Below are positions 44,635-57,073 of a DNA stretch of 64,000 bases, one piece after another. A model generated the notes under the pieces. That model saw nothing but the letters and a program-made list of their open reading frames with translations. It searched no databases and had not been told where the DNA came from. The stretch is from contig CAXXKD010000001.1 of the NCBI GenBank assembly GCA_963422375.2, forward strand, positions 320,001-384,000, given 5' to 3'. Position 1 is the first letter of the stretch. Every line of letters starts with the position of its first letter. Origin of the DNA: Bryobacterales bacterium. GTDB taxonomy: Bacteria > Acidobacteriota > Terriglobia > Bryobacterales > UBA6623. The translations under genes and the position numbers were made by a program.

Positions 44635-45420
44635 TTATGTCAAGGATGTTGCTCTGTTCTCCTTAGGAAGAAGCTTCTTGTAAGTGTCGCTTTCGCCTAC
44701 TCCACGCGATGATGCCGATCCGTTCGCTAGGACAGAATCGACTACGGAGCTAGGTTTCAAGGGGTGAATGATACGCTGGACCTAGGCGGAATTGGTGTTC
44801 CGCTTGGGTGGGGTGTTGTATTTCCAGAACTTGTCGTCAACGAGCCGCTTCCCGCCTCAATCCCACAAGCTAAATCGCGGATTAGCTAGGATGTAGTGGG
44901 CCTTTAGGCCGAGGTAACGGTCGTAGAGGATTCTGTCGACATAGGATATCTTCCTCTCGATTCCACGAATGGAAAGAATCATCTTTGCAAACCGGAAAGT
45001 CGCGTGGCTGCGTTATCGATCCTATGTGGAAAAATCGACTCTAGCCCACACGGGCGACCTGCCGTTCTTGCAGTGGCCGGTGGCATACGCGTTGATGAAC
45101 TTCAGTGATCGCACGAACATACTGGATGTACCACGGCAGGGACGACATCAACGGCCTCGGTAGTGGTTCGGCGCTTCAACCAGGAGCATCACTAGGCAGC
45201 GCGACGTGTACAAGTTGCCGCCTCTCTTGCCCTCGGCGCTGGCGACCTGTGAATCAAAGTAGTTGTAGCCCCGTCCCAGCACGTCCCTCGGGTGCGCATC
45301 CGCATCCCCCACGTCGATGTCGCTGGCTTCGTACCGGTCTAGGTCATGGGCTCCTACCTCCGGGGTCAAGGTGCTCCCTAGTCGTACTAGCGGACACCAG
45401 CCAGACCGCGATCGACATCG
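44635..45420 (-). pseudogene. hsdM: Type I restriction-modification methyltransferase (HsdM) remnant
   Basis: [27 protein letters not shown]..., SSMFVRSLKF, YILANPRF (decayed NPPF), FWKYNTPPKRNTNSA*VQ, VLANGSAS; many stops. Confidence 0.8.
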
Positions 45421-45593
45421 TCGTGATGCTGGGCGACGCATGGCGAGTCGACGGCCGCGGACATTGATTCCATTCTCCTCGGCGTTGCCGATGCTTCGAC
45501 CTCCGTTGTCGCGCAGAGGTAGTTGACGTCTCGACCGAGCGTCGGTGCATCGGTGCTCGACAACGGGCTTGCACGCGGTGGACCTGCGTTGGA

Positions 45594-48155
45594 TCACTCG
45601 TCCCGCAGGATTTCCAGCGGCTTGCTTCCGAGAATCCGGAGGCTTGCCCCCCAGCCCGCGCCCGTGGCCAGCACTGCGGTGGCCGCCACCGTCAGCGCGA
45701 TCGCCGGCCATTCGACGACGACGTCCAAGTCCAGGATGTCCCAGGTGAGCAAGGCCGAGTACGAAACGGCCAGCAGGCTACCCGCCGCGCCCGCCACGCT
45801 GCCTAGAATCAGGAACTCGATCGAGAAGATTTCGGCCAGCCGACCCTTGGTGGCGCCGAGCGTCTTCAGGACGGCGACCTCCCGCAAGCGCCGGAATCGC
45901 GTGGCCGCGACGCTCGAGACGAGGATGATCACGCCGGCCGCGATGGCGAACGCCGAAACGAAGCGGACGACGAACGCGATCTGGTCGATGACTTCCTGCA
46001 CCGTCTCGAAGAAGTCGACCGCGCTGATGTACAGCACGGAAGGGAACGCGTCGAACGCCTTCCGGGACAGTTCGAGGTTGTGCTCCGGGAGCGCGCGGAA
46101 CCCGCCGATATAGGTTGCCGGAGACCCCCTCAGGGCACTCTCGTTCAGGACGAAGTCGTAGATCCAGTCGGGCATGCCCTCGAAGGAGTGGAGCGCCGCG
46201 ACCCGTGCGGTCACCTCCTTGCCGGCGACCCGCCAGGTCACGAGCGATCCGAGCTCGAGATCCAGGTAATCGGCGAGGCGGTCCCTCACGGACACGACGG
46301 GCTCGGCTTGGGACGCCCCCCACCAGCGGCCTTCCAGCACGGTTAGTCCGGTCGGCGGAGTGTCGGACCACGTGATGTCCCTAGTGCGCCGAAGCCGCCG
46401 TTCCCGTCGCTCGCCGCGCCCGCCCGTTCGTCCGGGGGTCCCCTCGCCGAACGATTCGAGACGGGCCGAGACTACAGGCAGGAGCATCACTTCGCCGTCG
46501 ACTCCGGGCTCCGCCCGCAGGAAGGCCTCGAGTCCCTCGCGCTGGTCGGAGGTGACGTTGCTCAGGTACACGTTCGGCATGTCCGGAGGGGCGTTGCGGA
46601 CCAGCTGGGCCAGCACGGTGGTCTGCAGCAGGTAGACCGTGAGCGTGAATGTCACGCCGACGCCGAGCGCGATCAGGATCACTTCCGAATGCATCCCGGG
46701 TCGGTGCAGGTTGGCGATGCCGTGCCGCAGCCCCACGGGCAGCCGCACTGGTAGGCGTTTCGGGGCAGCTTGGAGCAGTCGCAGCAGGCCGCCGGCCGTC
46801 GCGGCGAGCGCGGCCAAGCTGACGGACAGGCCGCCGACGAACCACGCACCGAGCTCGGCGGAGTCGCCGAGCCATGCGGCGACGAGCCCGACCCCTCCAA
46901 GAATGATTCCGGCTTGCACCGCCTGTCGGAGCCGCTCGTCGCGACGCTCCTTGGCCGTTCGTTCGAACCGGGAGGCCATCTCCCGCCGGAAGATCAGCGC
47001 CGGTGCGATCCTGCGGATTCCCAGCAGGGTCGGCAGCGAGAAGACCAGCACCGTCAGGACTCCCACCCCGGTGGACTGCAGCGCGGGCCACCACTGGAAG
47101 TCGAACGCGGGCGCCTGCGGGAAGTAGTCGGCGACGAAGGTCGGCGCCACGCCCTGCAGCAGGAATCCGATCCCGACCCCGATCGCGCTTCCCGCGATGC
47201 CCAGCGCGAGCGTCTGCAGCAGGAACACTCGGATGACCAGTCCCGAAGTCGCTCCGCAGCACTTCATGATGGCGATCGTGTCGAGTCGCTGCTGCAGGTG
47301 GGAGTACACCACCATCGCCACGCCCAGCCCGCCGATCGCCATCGCCAGCAGGCTCACGAGGCTCAGGAAGCTGGTCGTGCGGTCCAATCCCCTCCGGATG
47401 CGCGGGCTGGTCTCCCGGTAGTCGGTGATCCGGCTGCCGCCGATGCCCTCCTCGATGACGCCCCTGGCGTCGTCCACGCTCATGTCCCGTTCGGGCAGCT
47501 TCAGGAGGAACCGTCGCGACACCCGGCTTCCGAACTGCACGAGATCGGTTCGAGCCAGGCCCTCGTGCGAAACCATCGCGCGCGGCCCGAAATTGATCGC
47601 CCCGGTCATGCGGTCCGGCTCGATCTCGAGAATCGCGCCGATGCGGAAGTCCGCCTCGCCGAGCGTGACCCGCTCCCCGACTTGGGCTCCGAGCCGGACG
47701 AGGAGGTCCTGGGACGCCAGCACCGTGCCCTCGTCGAGCGCTTCTCGCAGCGATTCGCCGGTGGAGAGTACGGCGTCGCCGTAGTACGGGTAGCGCGCGG
47801 GATCCACGGCCTTGAGGTTGACCGCGAGAGGGCGGGCTAGGGAGCGCCCGCCCATCATGGTCATCATCTCGGTGACTTGAGTGACGGCCGCGCCGCGCTC
47901 GACTAGGCCGTCGAAAACGGCGCGCTCGGCTTCGTCGGGTTCGTGGCTGACCGACGCGCTGATGTCCGCCGCGAGAAGCATCCGGGCGTCCCGCAAGAGC
48001 ATTTCCTGGAATGCGGCGCAATAGCCGCGTACGCCGCTGAGCGCCGCGACGCCCGCGGCCACGGCCAGCACGGCAAAGAGAAACTTGATCCGGGCCGCGC
48101 CGAGATCGCGCCAGGCCATCGTGGCGCAGAGCCGCCATTCGCTTCGGTTGCGCAA
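45594..48155 (-). CDS. ABC transporter permease, duplicated FtsX/MacB-type (YbbP-like)
   Basis: [51 protein letters not shown]. Confidence 0.9.
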   Translation of the reverse strand: MRNRSEWRLCATMAWRDLGAARIKFLFAVLAVAAGVAALSGVRGYCAAFQEMLLRDARMLLAADISASVSHEPDEAERAVFDGLVERGAAVTQVTEMMTMMGGRSLARPLAVNLKAVDPARYPYYGDAVLSTGESLREALDEGTVLASQDLLVRLGAQVGERVTLGEADFRIGAILEIEPDRMTGAINFGPRAMVSHEGLARTDLVQFGSRVSRRFLLKLPERDMSVDDARGVIEEGIGGSRITDYRETSPRIRRGLDRTTSFLSLVSLLAMAIGGLGVAMVVYSHLQQRLDTIAIMKCCGATSGLVIRVFLLQTLALGIAGSAIGVGIGFLLQGVAPTFVADYFPQAPAFDFQWWPALQSTGVGVLTVLVFSLPTLLGIRRIAPALIFRREMASRFERTAKERRDERLRQAVQAGIILGGVGLVAAWLGDSAELGAWFVGGLSVSLAALAATAGGLLRLLQAAPKRLPVRLPVGLRHGIANLHRPGMHSEVILIALGVGVTFTLTVYLLQTTVLAQLVRNAPPDMPNVYLSNVTSDQREGLEAFLRAEPGVDGEVMLLPVVSARLESFGEGTPGRTGGRGERRERRLRRTRDITWSDTPPTGLTVLEGRWWGASQAEPVVSVRDRLADYLDLELGSLVTWRVAGKEVTARVAALHSFEGMPDWIYDFVLNESALRGSPATYIGGFRALPEHNLELSRKAFDAFPSVLYISAVDFFETVQEVIDQIAFVVRFVSAFAIAAGVIILVSSVAATRFRRLREVAVLKTLGATKGRLAEIFSIEFLILGSVAGAAGSLLAVSYSALLTWDILDLDVVVEWPAIALTVAATAVLATGAGWGASLRILGSKPLEILRDE

Positions 48156-48202
48156 GATCTAAGGGTAAGGGACGCCCGGCACGGTCGCCCGCCGTAGACG
48201 CG

Positions 48203-48233
48203 AAAGCCCCGCCCGCGGGATGCGGGCGGGGCT
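48203..48233 (-). terminator. Intrinsic terminator of groEL
   Basis: 12-bp stem AGCCCCGCCCGC/GCGGGCGGGGCT ending in a short T run on the minus strand. Confidence 0.7.
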
Positions 48234-48263
48234 GGACGGTGCGCGGGCCGGGGCCCGCCGCGG

Positions 48264-49919
<1,656 letters not shown>

Positions 49920-50210
49920 TCAGCTGATTATCGCGAGGGCCTCGTCCTCGCGCATGATCAGAAACTCGCTGTCGTCGACGGTGACCTCGTTGCCGGAGTA
50001 CTTGCCGAAGAGGATCTTGTCGCCGACTTTGACGTCGAGCGCCACGACGGTGCCGTCCTCCTTCTTCTTGCCGTTGCCGACGGCGACGACCTTGCCCTGC
50101 TGCGGCTTCTCCTTCGCCGAGTCGGGGATGATGATCCCGCCGCTCGACTGCTGCTCCGCCTCGTCGAGCCGCTCGACGAGGATGCGGTCGTGCAATGGTC
50201 GCAGACTCAT
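49920..50210 (-). CDS. groS: Co-chaperonin GroES
   Basis: [31 protein letters not shown]. Confidence 0.99.
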   Translation of the reverse strand: MSLRPLHDRILVERLDEAEQQSSGGIIIPDSAKEKPQQGKVVAVGNGKKKEDGTVVALDVKVGDKILFGKYSGNEVTVDDSEFLIMREDEALAIIS

Positions 50211-50255
50211 GTTAATGGGGTCCTCCTAGGTGTCGGAATGGTGCGAGCGCCTAAG

Positions 50256-50344
50256 TTGGCAGTCTCGCTGCTCATGAAACTTGATGCCGTTGCTATCAAG
50301 TTCCGGTCTCTTCCAGTGTACAGGCGCTGTCAAGTCCGTGTCAA
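50256..50344 (-). promoter_or_regulatory. groES promoter (TTGACA-N18-TACACT) with a downstream HAIR-like dyad and half CIRCE
   Basis: TTGACA at 50339-50344 (repeated at 50328-50333), TACACT at 50315-50320. AACTTGAT-N9-ATCAAGTT at 50278-50302. TTGGCAGTC at 50256-50264. Confidence 0.6.
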
Positions 50345-51183
50345 GCGGTTTCCGCGAGAGATTGCGAGCGGCTCGCGAGATTCCCTTGCGACAGCGGGAC
50401 ATGGGAAGTCGACGCGGCCGAGCAAGGCCGGGCGGGCCTCGAAGGAATGCTGGGGCAGGCCGCAGACGGCCCCTTCGCGCCGACCGTGACGCGCCGCCCG
50501 GCGCTCGCGGGCTCCCCTCCGCCCGCGGTTCCGGTGCCGAGCCGTCGCGCGGACCGGTATCGGGGAGAAGGGGGCCTCTGGATTCGACGGGGCACCCGGA
50601 CCGTGGTGATCGACGTGCCCGCGATCGAGACCGACCGGTGCGTGCCCAGGCTAGGCGGCAATGTCGAGGGATTGGTCCGAGCCGACTCACCGAAGCGGTC
50701 GAGGCGGGCGGCCGGGCGGGGAAAACCCGTTGTCGCGGTCTTAGGAGTCCGGACCTCAGCACCCGCCCGCGCGGGGCTGCTCCCTCATGCTCCCCGATTG
50801 ACCGGCGATCGAAGTTCCAGCGGGGGCCAAGGTCGCAAGCCGAGCGCCAAGAGGGGCCGTTGGCGGCTGGCGCTTCGCGGTCGGCACGCCGCGGACGTCG
50901 CCTTGACCGCCGGTTCCGAGGAAGTGCGCCGGACCCGCCGAGGAACCGGCGCGACCCGCTGTCTGCGCCTCGGGACCGGCGCGGGCGTCGCCTGCCGCCT
51001 GGCGTTGCGTCGTCTCTCCCGAGCACGCTCGTTCGCTGTCGGGGCGATGCCCGGCCAAGCCTCGGACCGAGACGCCCCGGTCCGGCCGCCTCCGCACCGC
51101 GGGATGTCCCATGCTGAGGCCAAGCGCTCGAGTCGCGGGCCGACGGCCCTCCGCAATGAGAGAATGGATCGAGCCGCCGAGCC

Positions 51184-52212
51184 ATGTTCCGGTTCGAGTC
51201 GCCTTGGATGTTCCTCCTGCTGGTGCCCTTGGCGGCATTGGTAGTTTGGCGGCGCAGCGACCGCGTGCGGTTGCGGTTTTCCTCGACAGCTGCCGCGAGC
51301 AGGCTGTCGGGATCTTGGCGATCCAAGCTGGCATGGGTGCCGCTTGCCCTGAGGGCGCTCGTTGTCGTCGCCGTGGTAGTCGCGCTGGCCAGGCCCCAGC
51401 ACGGCACCGAGCGGGTGCGCGACATCTCCCGGGGTGTCGCGATCGGGATGGTCGTCGACCGCTCGTCCAGCATGGGAGAGCTGATCCGCTTCGGCGGGCG
51501 CGAGGTGACCCGCCTCGACGCGGTCAAGCAGGTCTTCCGCGAGTTCGTCGATCCCACGGAGGGGGACATGAGCGGCCGCCCGAACGACCTGCTGAGCCTG
51601 ACCGCATTCGCCCAGTACGCGGACTCGGTCTGCCCGCTAACGCTCTCGCACCGCACGCTGATCCAGCTGCTCGATTCGGTGCGGCTCGTCGATGATCGCC
51701 GCGAGGACGGCACCGCGATCGGGGACGCCGTCGCCTTGGCGGCCGCGAGGCTCGGCAAGGCCGAGGAATCGCTCGGGCAGCGCGACTACGAGATCAAGAG
51801 CAAGATCCTCGTGTTGCTCACGGACGGCGAGAACAACGCCGGCGACCGCAGCGTGCGGGATGCGGCCGACCTGTGCGAGCAGTGGGGCATCCGGGTCTAC
51901 GCAATTGGCGTCGGGGGCGAGCGCGGAATCCGCACGCCGTTCGGGCGTCTCAGCGCGCCGATGCGCCAGGGATTCGACGACCGCGACCTGCGCGACATTG
52001 CCGAACGGACCGGCGGCCAGTACTGGCTGGCCGAGGATGCCGACACGCTGCGGTCGGTCCACGCGGAGATCGACCGGCTGGAAAAGAGCGAGTTCGAGGT
52101 CGTCCGCTACCTGGATTACCGCGAGGCGTTCGCTCCTTGGGCGCTCGCTGCGCTCGCTTTGCTATCGCTTGAGCTGCTGCTGCGTCAAACCCTGTTGAGG
52201 ACAGTGCCGTGA
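51184..52212 (+). CDS. batA: BatA-like VWA domain membrane protein
   Basis: ALARPQ, MIDAS DRSSS, GTAIGDAV, LLTDGENNAG. Confidence 0.88.
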   Translation: MFRFESPWMFLLLVPLAALVVWRRSDRVRLRFSSTAAASRLSGSWRSKLAWVPLALRALVVVAVVVALARPQHGTERVRDISRGVAIGMVVDRSSSMGELIRFGGREVTRLDAVKQVFREFVDPTEGDMSGRPNDLLSLTAFAQYADSVCPLTLSHRTLIQLLDSVRLVDDRREDGTAIGDAVALAAARLGKAEESLGQRDYEIKSKILVLLTDGENNAGDRSVRDAADLCEQWGIRVYAIGVGGERGIRTPFGRLSAPMRQGFDDRDLRDIAERTGGQYWLAEDADTLRSVHAEIDRLEKSEFEVVRYLDYREAFAPWALAALALLSLELLLRQTLLRTVP

Positions 52213-54350
52213 GCGACTTCCGATTCGTGGACGTGGCGATGCTGAACGCACTCTGGCTGCTGGCCGCGCTGGCCGCGCTCATGCTCTACGCTTCGCGCCG
52301 CCGCCGCCGGGACCTCCGGCGCTTCGTGGAGGCCGGCCTGCTCGAGAGGCTCGGTCCGTCGTCGTCCCCCGACCCGGCCCGCCGGGTGCTCAAGGCCGCG
52401 CTCGCGCTGGCTGCGGCCGGGGCACTGGTCGTCGCCCTGGCCCGTCCCGCTTGGGACGAGCAGCAGGACGAAGTGACGCAGAGGGGGCGCGACGTGGTGT
52501 TCCTGCTGGACGTCTCCCGCAGCATGCTGGCCGAGGATCTTCCGCCCAATCGCCTCCAGCGGGCGAAGCTGGCCATTCTCGACGCCGTGGACCGGCTGGA
52601 CGGCGACCGTGTGGCATTGGCCGTGTTCGCGGGCTCGGCGGTCGTCAAGTGCCCGCTGACGCTTGACTACGGCTTCTTCCGCATGGCTCTCGACGACGTC
52701 ACGACCTACAGCGTCGAGCGCGGCGGCACGCTGATCGGCGACGCCCTGCGAACCGTGATGCGGGACGTGTTCGACGGCAAGAGCAGCAACTACCGGGACA
52801 TCGTGCTGATCACCGACGGGGAGGACCACGAGAGCTTCCCCGAGGAGGCCGCGGCCGAAGCGGGGGCCCTAGGGGCGCGCCTGATCGCGATCGGCTTGGG
52901 TGACGAGCGCGTCGGCAGGCGCATCCCGGTGGTCGCCGAGGGCTCCGGCGGGCAGTCGGCCGGGGACAGTCGGCGGTTTCTTCAGCACGAGGGCAGGGAA
53001 GTCTGGTCCCGATTGGACGCGGCGACTCTGCGGCGGATGGCTGACGCCACGCCGGGCGGCATCTACCTGAACGTCGCGACCGGCGCGATCGACCTCGGCG
53101 ACGTGTACCGGCGACTGATCGCCTCGGCCGAGAGCGGCGAGGTGGGCTCCGTCCAGGTGGAACGGCTCGAGGAGAGGTTCCAGCTGTTCCTGGCGATCTG
53201 CGTCCTCCTGCTGGCGCTCGAGATCGGGTTGCGCGAGCGACGGGGCCTCGCCCGGACCGCCGCCTCGGTCTTGGCCCTCGCGGCTCTGGCGCCGTCCGGC
53301 GCGCAAGCCGCGACCGTGCGCGGGCTGGTGAACGAAGGCAACGACGCCGTGCGGGCCGAGGCCTATGACGAGGCGCTGCTCGCGTACGACCAAGCTCTGG
53401 CTAAGGAGCCCGAGTCCCCGTATGCCGTGCTGAACCGGGCGAACGCGCTCTACCGCAGCGGCAAGTACGCGGAGGCAGTCGAGGGGTTTTCCGAGGCCGT
53501 GCGCAGGAGCCTCGACCGGGATCTCCCCTTCTTGGAGGCCGTCGGCCTCCACAATCTCGGGAACGCCCTCTTTCGCCAAGCCGAGGAAGCCGCACCGAAT
53601 GATCCGAGGCAAGCGATCGAGCTCCTAGCGCCCGCTGCCCGCTCCTTTCTCGACGCGCTCCGAGCCGACTCCCGACGGACGGACTCGGCCCGCAACCTCG
53701 AGCTGGCCCGACGCTTGAGTGCGCAGCTGCGAGAGGATCTGCGCGAGCAAGCGGGCGGCCAGGACGGCAGCGATGGCGATCAGGACGCCGACCGCCCGGA
53801 GGACGGGGAGGAAAACCGGGGCGAGTCGTTGCAGCAGGCAGCCCGCGAGCAGCGCCAGCTCGCGGACGAGAGCGAGCAACTCGCCAAGGACCGCCAGCAG
53901 CAGCGCGGCTCCGATGCGAGGGAGGAGCAGCGCCAGCGTGCGCAGGACTTGGCGGACCGCCAGGAGGATCTCCGCGAGCGTACCCGCGAACTCGGCAAGG
54001 ACGCGGACCCGCAGGCCAGGCAGAGCGTCGAGCAGGCCGGCGGCGACCAAGACCGTGCGAGGGAAGACTTGGAGCGCAACCGTCCCGAGGATGCCTCCGA
54101 AGCGCAGCACCGGGCCGCGGAGGCCTTGGAAGAGGCGGCTCGTGCCCAGGGCGGCGGAGATGGGGAGCGGCAGGAGCAGGCGGCACGACCGGACCAGCTG
54201 CAAGGCGACGGGGACAGGCCGGGCGAGGATGCCCAGCAGCAGGACCGGGACATGGCGATGGACCAAATCCTGTCGAAGGAGAAGCAGGACCGCCGCCGGC
54301 GCCAACTGATGCAGCGCGTCGGGGCCGTCGCAGTGGACAGGGACTGGTAG
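52209..54350 (+). CDS. BatB-like VWA domain fused to a BatC-like TPR/Gln-rich region
   Basis: DVSRSMLAED..PNRL, LITDGED, then HNLGNALF TPRs, a Q/E-rich linker and C-terminal DRDW. Confidence 0.85.
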   Translation: MSDFRFVDVAMLNALWLLAALAALMLYASRRRRRDLRRFVEAGLLERLGPSSSPDPARRVLKAALALAAAGALVVALARPAWDEQQDEVTQRGRDVVFLLDVSRSMLAEDLPPNRLQRAKLAILDAVDRLDGDRVALAVFAGSAVVKCPLTLDYGFFRMALDDVTTYSVERGGTLIGDALRTVMRDVFDGKSSNYRDIVLITDGEDHESFPEEAAAEAGALGARLIAIGLGDERVGRRIPVVAEGSGGQSAGDSRRFLQHEGREVWSRLDAATLRRMADATPGGIYLNVATGAIDLGDVYRRLIASAESGEVGSVQVERLEERFQLFLAICVLLLALEIGLRERRGLARTAASVLALAALAPSGAQAATVRGLVNEGNDAVRAEAYDEALLAYDQALAKEPESPYAVLNRANALYRSGKYAEAVEGFSEAVRRSLDRDLPFLEAVGLHNLGNALFRQAEEAAPNDPRQAIELLAPAARSFLDALRADSRRTDSARNLELARRLSAQLREDLREQAGGQDGSDGDQDADRPEDGEENRGESLQQAAREQRQLADESEQLAKDRQQQRGSDAREEQRQRAQDLADRQEDLRERTRELGKDADPQARQSVEQAGGDQDRAREDLERNRPEDASEAQHRAAEALEEAARAQGGGDGERQEQAARPDQLQGDGDRPGEDAQQQDRDMAMDQILSKEKQDRRRRQLMQRVGAVAVDRDW

Positions 54351-56276
54351 ATGCTGGCTCGAGTTCCGCTCTTCGTCTGGGCCGCTTGGCTGGCGGCGGC
54401 GGCGCCCTGCGCTCGCGCCCAGGACGGCCCGCTGAATGCCGGGGTCGCCGTGCAGAGCCGCCAGGTCTACGTGGGCCAGCAGTTCCTGCTGCAGATTCAG
54501 ATCGAGGGCACGGACCGGCCCGACCCGCTCGACGTCCGACCGCTCGAGCGCGATTTCGACGTGACCGAGGCCGGCGGCGGGGCCAGCAATAGCACGTCCG
54601 TGAGCATCGTCAACGGTCGCATGACCCGGCAGGTGCGGCGGGGATACAACCTGAACTACCGCTTGGCAGCGAAGGCGGAGGGCGAGGCCGTAGTCCCGTC
54701 GCTCACGATCACGGCCTCCGGGCGCAGCGCCCGGACCCAGCCCCTCCAGATGCAAGTACTGCCTCCGCAGGAGAACGACGACTTCAAGTTGCGCCTCTCG
54801 CTCTCCGACACGAGAGCCTACGTCGGCCAGCCCCTGACCCTGACCGCGACTTGGTACATTGGCCGCGAGGTGCAGGAGTTTTCCTTCACCATGCCCCTGC
54901 TCGATGACCGGAGGCTCGATGTTCTCGATCCGCCCGCGAGCGGCCAGGCGCAGGACGATCTGATCAAGATTCCGCTGGGGAACCGGCAGGCCGCGGCCCG
55001 CCAGGAGGTCGGCGAGCTCGGAGGGCGTCGGTACCCCGTGCTGCAGTTCGAGAAGGTGCTGGTCCCGCGGGTAGCGGGCAGCATCGATCTGTCTCCGTCG
55101 ACGGTGACGTTCGTGACACCGAAGCCGGGTCCCTCTCGGCGGCGCGACCCGTTCGACGATCTCTTCAGCGACAGCTTCTTCTCGGGGGTGTTCGGCTCGC
55201 GCCGGGAACTGGAAACGCTCGCCATTCCCTCGAACCGGGTCCGGCTCGAGGTTCTCGACTTGCCCGTCGAGGGGCGCCCGGTGGGCTTCAACGGCTGGAT
55301 CGGCCAGTTCCAGCTTGGTGCCGAGGCGAAGCCGACCGCCGTAGCGGTCGGCGAGCCGATCACCCTAGACCTGACCGTGCGCGGCGACGGGATCCTCGAG
55401 TCGGCTGCCTTTCCGGCCCTGAATCGGCAGCCCGCGCTCGCCCGGGATTTCAACGTCCCTCGGGAGATCGGCGCGGGCGAGGGGGGCAGGAGTGTTCGGT
55501 CCTTCACGCAGACACTGCGGGCAAAGCACGATGGCGTGACCCGCGTTCCGGCGATCGAGCTGCCCTATTTCGACCCGAAGGAAGGGGCCTATCGAATCGC
55601 TCGCAGCGAGCCGATACCGCTCGAGGTCGAGCCCTCCCGCATCGTGACCGTCGAAGACGCGGAGGGCCGCGGCGCGACTGGCCCCCGCCAGCTGGAGGTC
55701 GAGTCGAGCAGCGAGGGCCTAGCGCACAACTTCGTAGACTCTTCGGCCTTGGTCTCCATGCCCGGGGGCTGGGGCGCGTGGCTGCGACCCCTGGGACCAC
55801 TGCCATTCGCCATCGCGCTGCTCGCGCTGCCCCCGCTGGTGTTCCTCGGCGCAGTGGCGGTGCGCCTCGGCGGATCGCTCCGAGCCCTCGGGAGGCTCCG
55901 AGCGCGTTCTCCCGGCTCCCGATGGCGCAGTGCCGCCTCGGCGATCGATCCCCGTCGGGACGACGGGCGCCGCGTGGCCGAAGCCGTTCTGTCGGGCCTG
56001 CGGGAGTACCTAGGAGCCCGCTTCGGCGGAGCGCCCTCCGAGTCGGCCGCCTGGACGTTCGGGGACGTGAAGGAGCGCCTCGGCGGCTTGGCCTCCGGCA
56101 GCGACGGGAAGACCGGTCTCGCTGCGGAGGAACTTCTCGTGCTGCTTCGAGGCGTCTTTGAGCGCTGCGAGGCGGGGACCTACGCCGGGGTCCAGCCGAT
56201 GGACGAGTCCGCTCGCCGGCAGCTGGTGGCGGATGCCTCGCAGGCCGTCGAGCGCATCGAGGAGGCGCTGCGGTGA
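54351..56276 (+). CDS. batD: BatD-family protein
   Basis: Signal peptide, STSVSIVNG, YVGQ repeats, YFDP; position in the operon. Confidence 0.85.
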   Translation: MLARVPLFVWAAWLAAAAPCARAQDGPLNAGVAVQSRQVYVGQQFLLQIQIEGTDRPDPLDVRPLERDFDVTEAGGGASNSTSVSIVNGRMTRQVRRGYNLNYRLAAKAEGEAVVPSLTITASGRSARTQPLQMQVLPPQENDDFKLRLSLSDTRAYVGQPLTLTATWYIGREVQEFSFTMPLLDDRRLDVLDPPASGQAQDDLIKIPLGNRQAAARQEVGELGGRRYPVLQFEKVLVPRVAGSIDLSPSTVTFVTPKPGPSRRRDPFDDLFSDSFFSGVFGSRRELETLAIPSNRVRLEVLDLPVEGRPVGFNGWIGQFQLGAEAKPTAVAVGEPITLDLTVRGDGILESAAFPALNRQPALARDFNVPREIGAGEGGRSVRSFTQTLRAKHDGVTRVPAIELPYFDPKEGAYRIARSEPIPLEVEPSRIVTVEDAEGRGATGPRQLEVESSSEGLAHNFVDSSALVSMPGGWGAWLRPLGPLPFAIALLALPPLVFLGAVAVRLGGSLRALGRLRARSPGSRWRSAASAIDPRRDDGRRVAEAVLSGLREYLGARFGGAPSESAAWTFGDVKERLGGLASGSDGKTGLAAEELLVLLRGVFERCEAGTYAGVQPMDESARRQLVADASQAVERIEEALR

Positions 56277-57073
56277 GACTCGCGGCCTCCACTCTCGCGG
56301 CGGGGCTGGCGGCAGGCGGTGCCCTGCTCGCACAGCAGAGCGCGGAGAGCCTGTTCTCGGAGGCGAACGAGTACTTCCGGCAGGCGAACGAAGCGAGCGA
56401 GGCCGACCCGCAGCTGGCTGCCGATCTGTATCGCCGAGCCGCTCTGCGCTTCGAGAGCCTTGTCGGGGAGCGGGCGATTCGCAACAGCAAGCTCTACTAC
56501 AACCTCGGCAACGCCTACTTTCGCTTGGCCGACATCGGCCGTGCGATCCTCAGCTACCGGATCGCCCAGCGCCTCGACCCCGGCGATCCGGACGTCGAGC
56601 GGAACCTCGAGTACGCCCGCACGATACGGGCTGACAGATTCGACCCGCAAGAGCGCCGGCCGGTCCTCGAGACGCTCCTTTTCTGGCATTACGAATTCTC
56701 GCTCTCGATCCGGCTGCGGATCTTCGCGGCCGCGTGGCTGGCATTCTGGGGCCTGCTCCTGCTCAGGCGGGCGGGCAAGGATTGGGTGCCCCGCGAGATT
56801 GCCTTCGGCGCCGGGGCGGCGGCGGCGCTCTTGCTCGGATCGTACCTTTACGAAGCCGTTGCCGCCGAGCGCTCCCTCGCCGGTGTCGTCGTCGCTCTCG
56901 AAACGGTTGCGCGCCACGGCGACGGGCACAGCTACGACCCCGCTTTCGAGAATCCTCTGCACGCCGGTGTCGAGTTCCAAGTGCTGGAAGAGCGTCCGGG
57001 CTGGCACCGGGTGGAACTGCCGGACGGGCGTCGCTGCTGGCTGGCGGACGAGGACATCGAGCTGGTGCGGTAG
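56273..57073 (+). CDS. batE: BatE-like TPR + SH3b protein
   Basis: LYYNLGNAYFR..GRAILSY, LHAGVEFQVLEERPGW. Confidence 0.85.
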   Translation: MRLAASTLAAGLAAGGALLAQQSAESLFSEANEYFRQANEASEADPQLAADLYRRAALRFESLVGERAIRNSKLYYNLGNAYFRLADIGRAILSYRIAQRLDPGDPDVERNLEYARTIRADRFDPQERRPVLETLLFWHYEFSLSIRLRIFAAAWLAFWGLLLLRRAGKDWVPREIAFGAGAAAALLLGSYLYEAVAAERSLAGVVVALETVARHGDGHSYDPAFENPLHAGVEFQVLEERPGWHRVELPDGRRCWLADEDIELVR

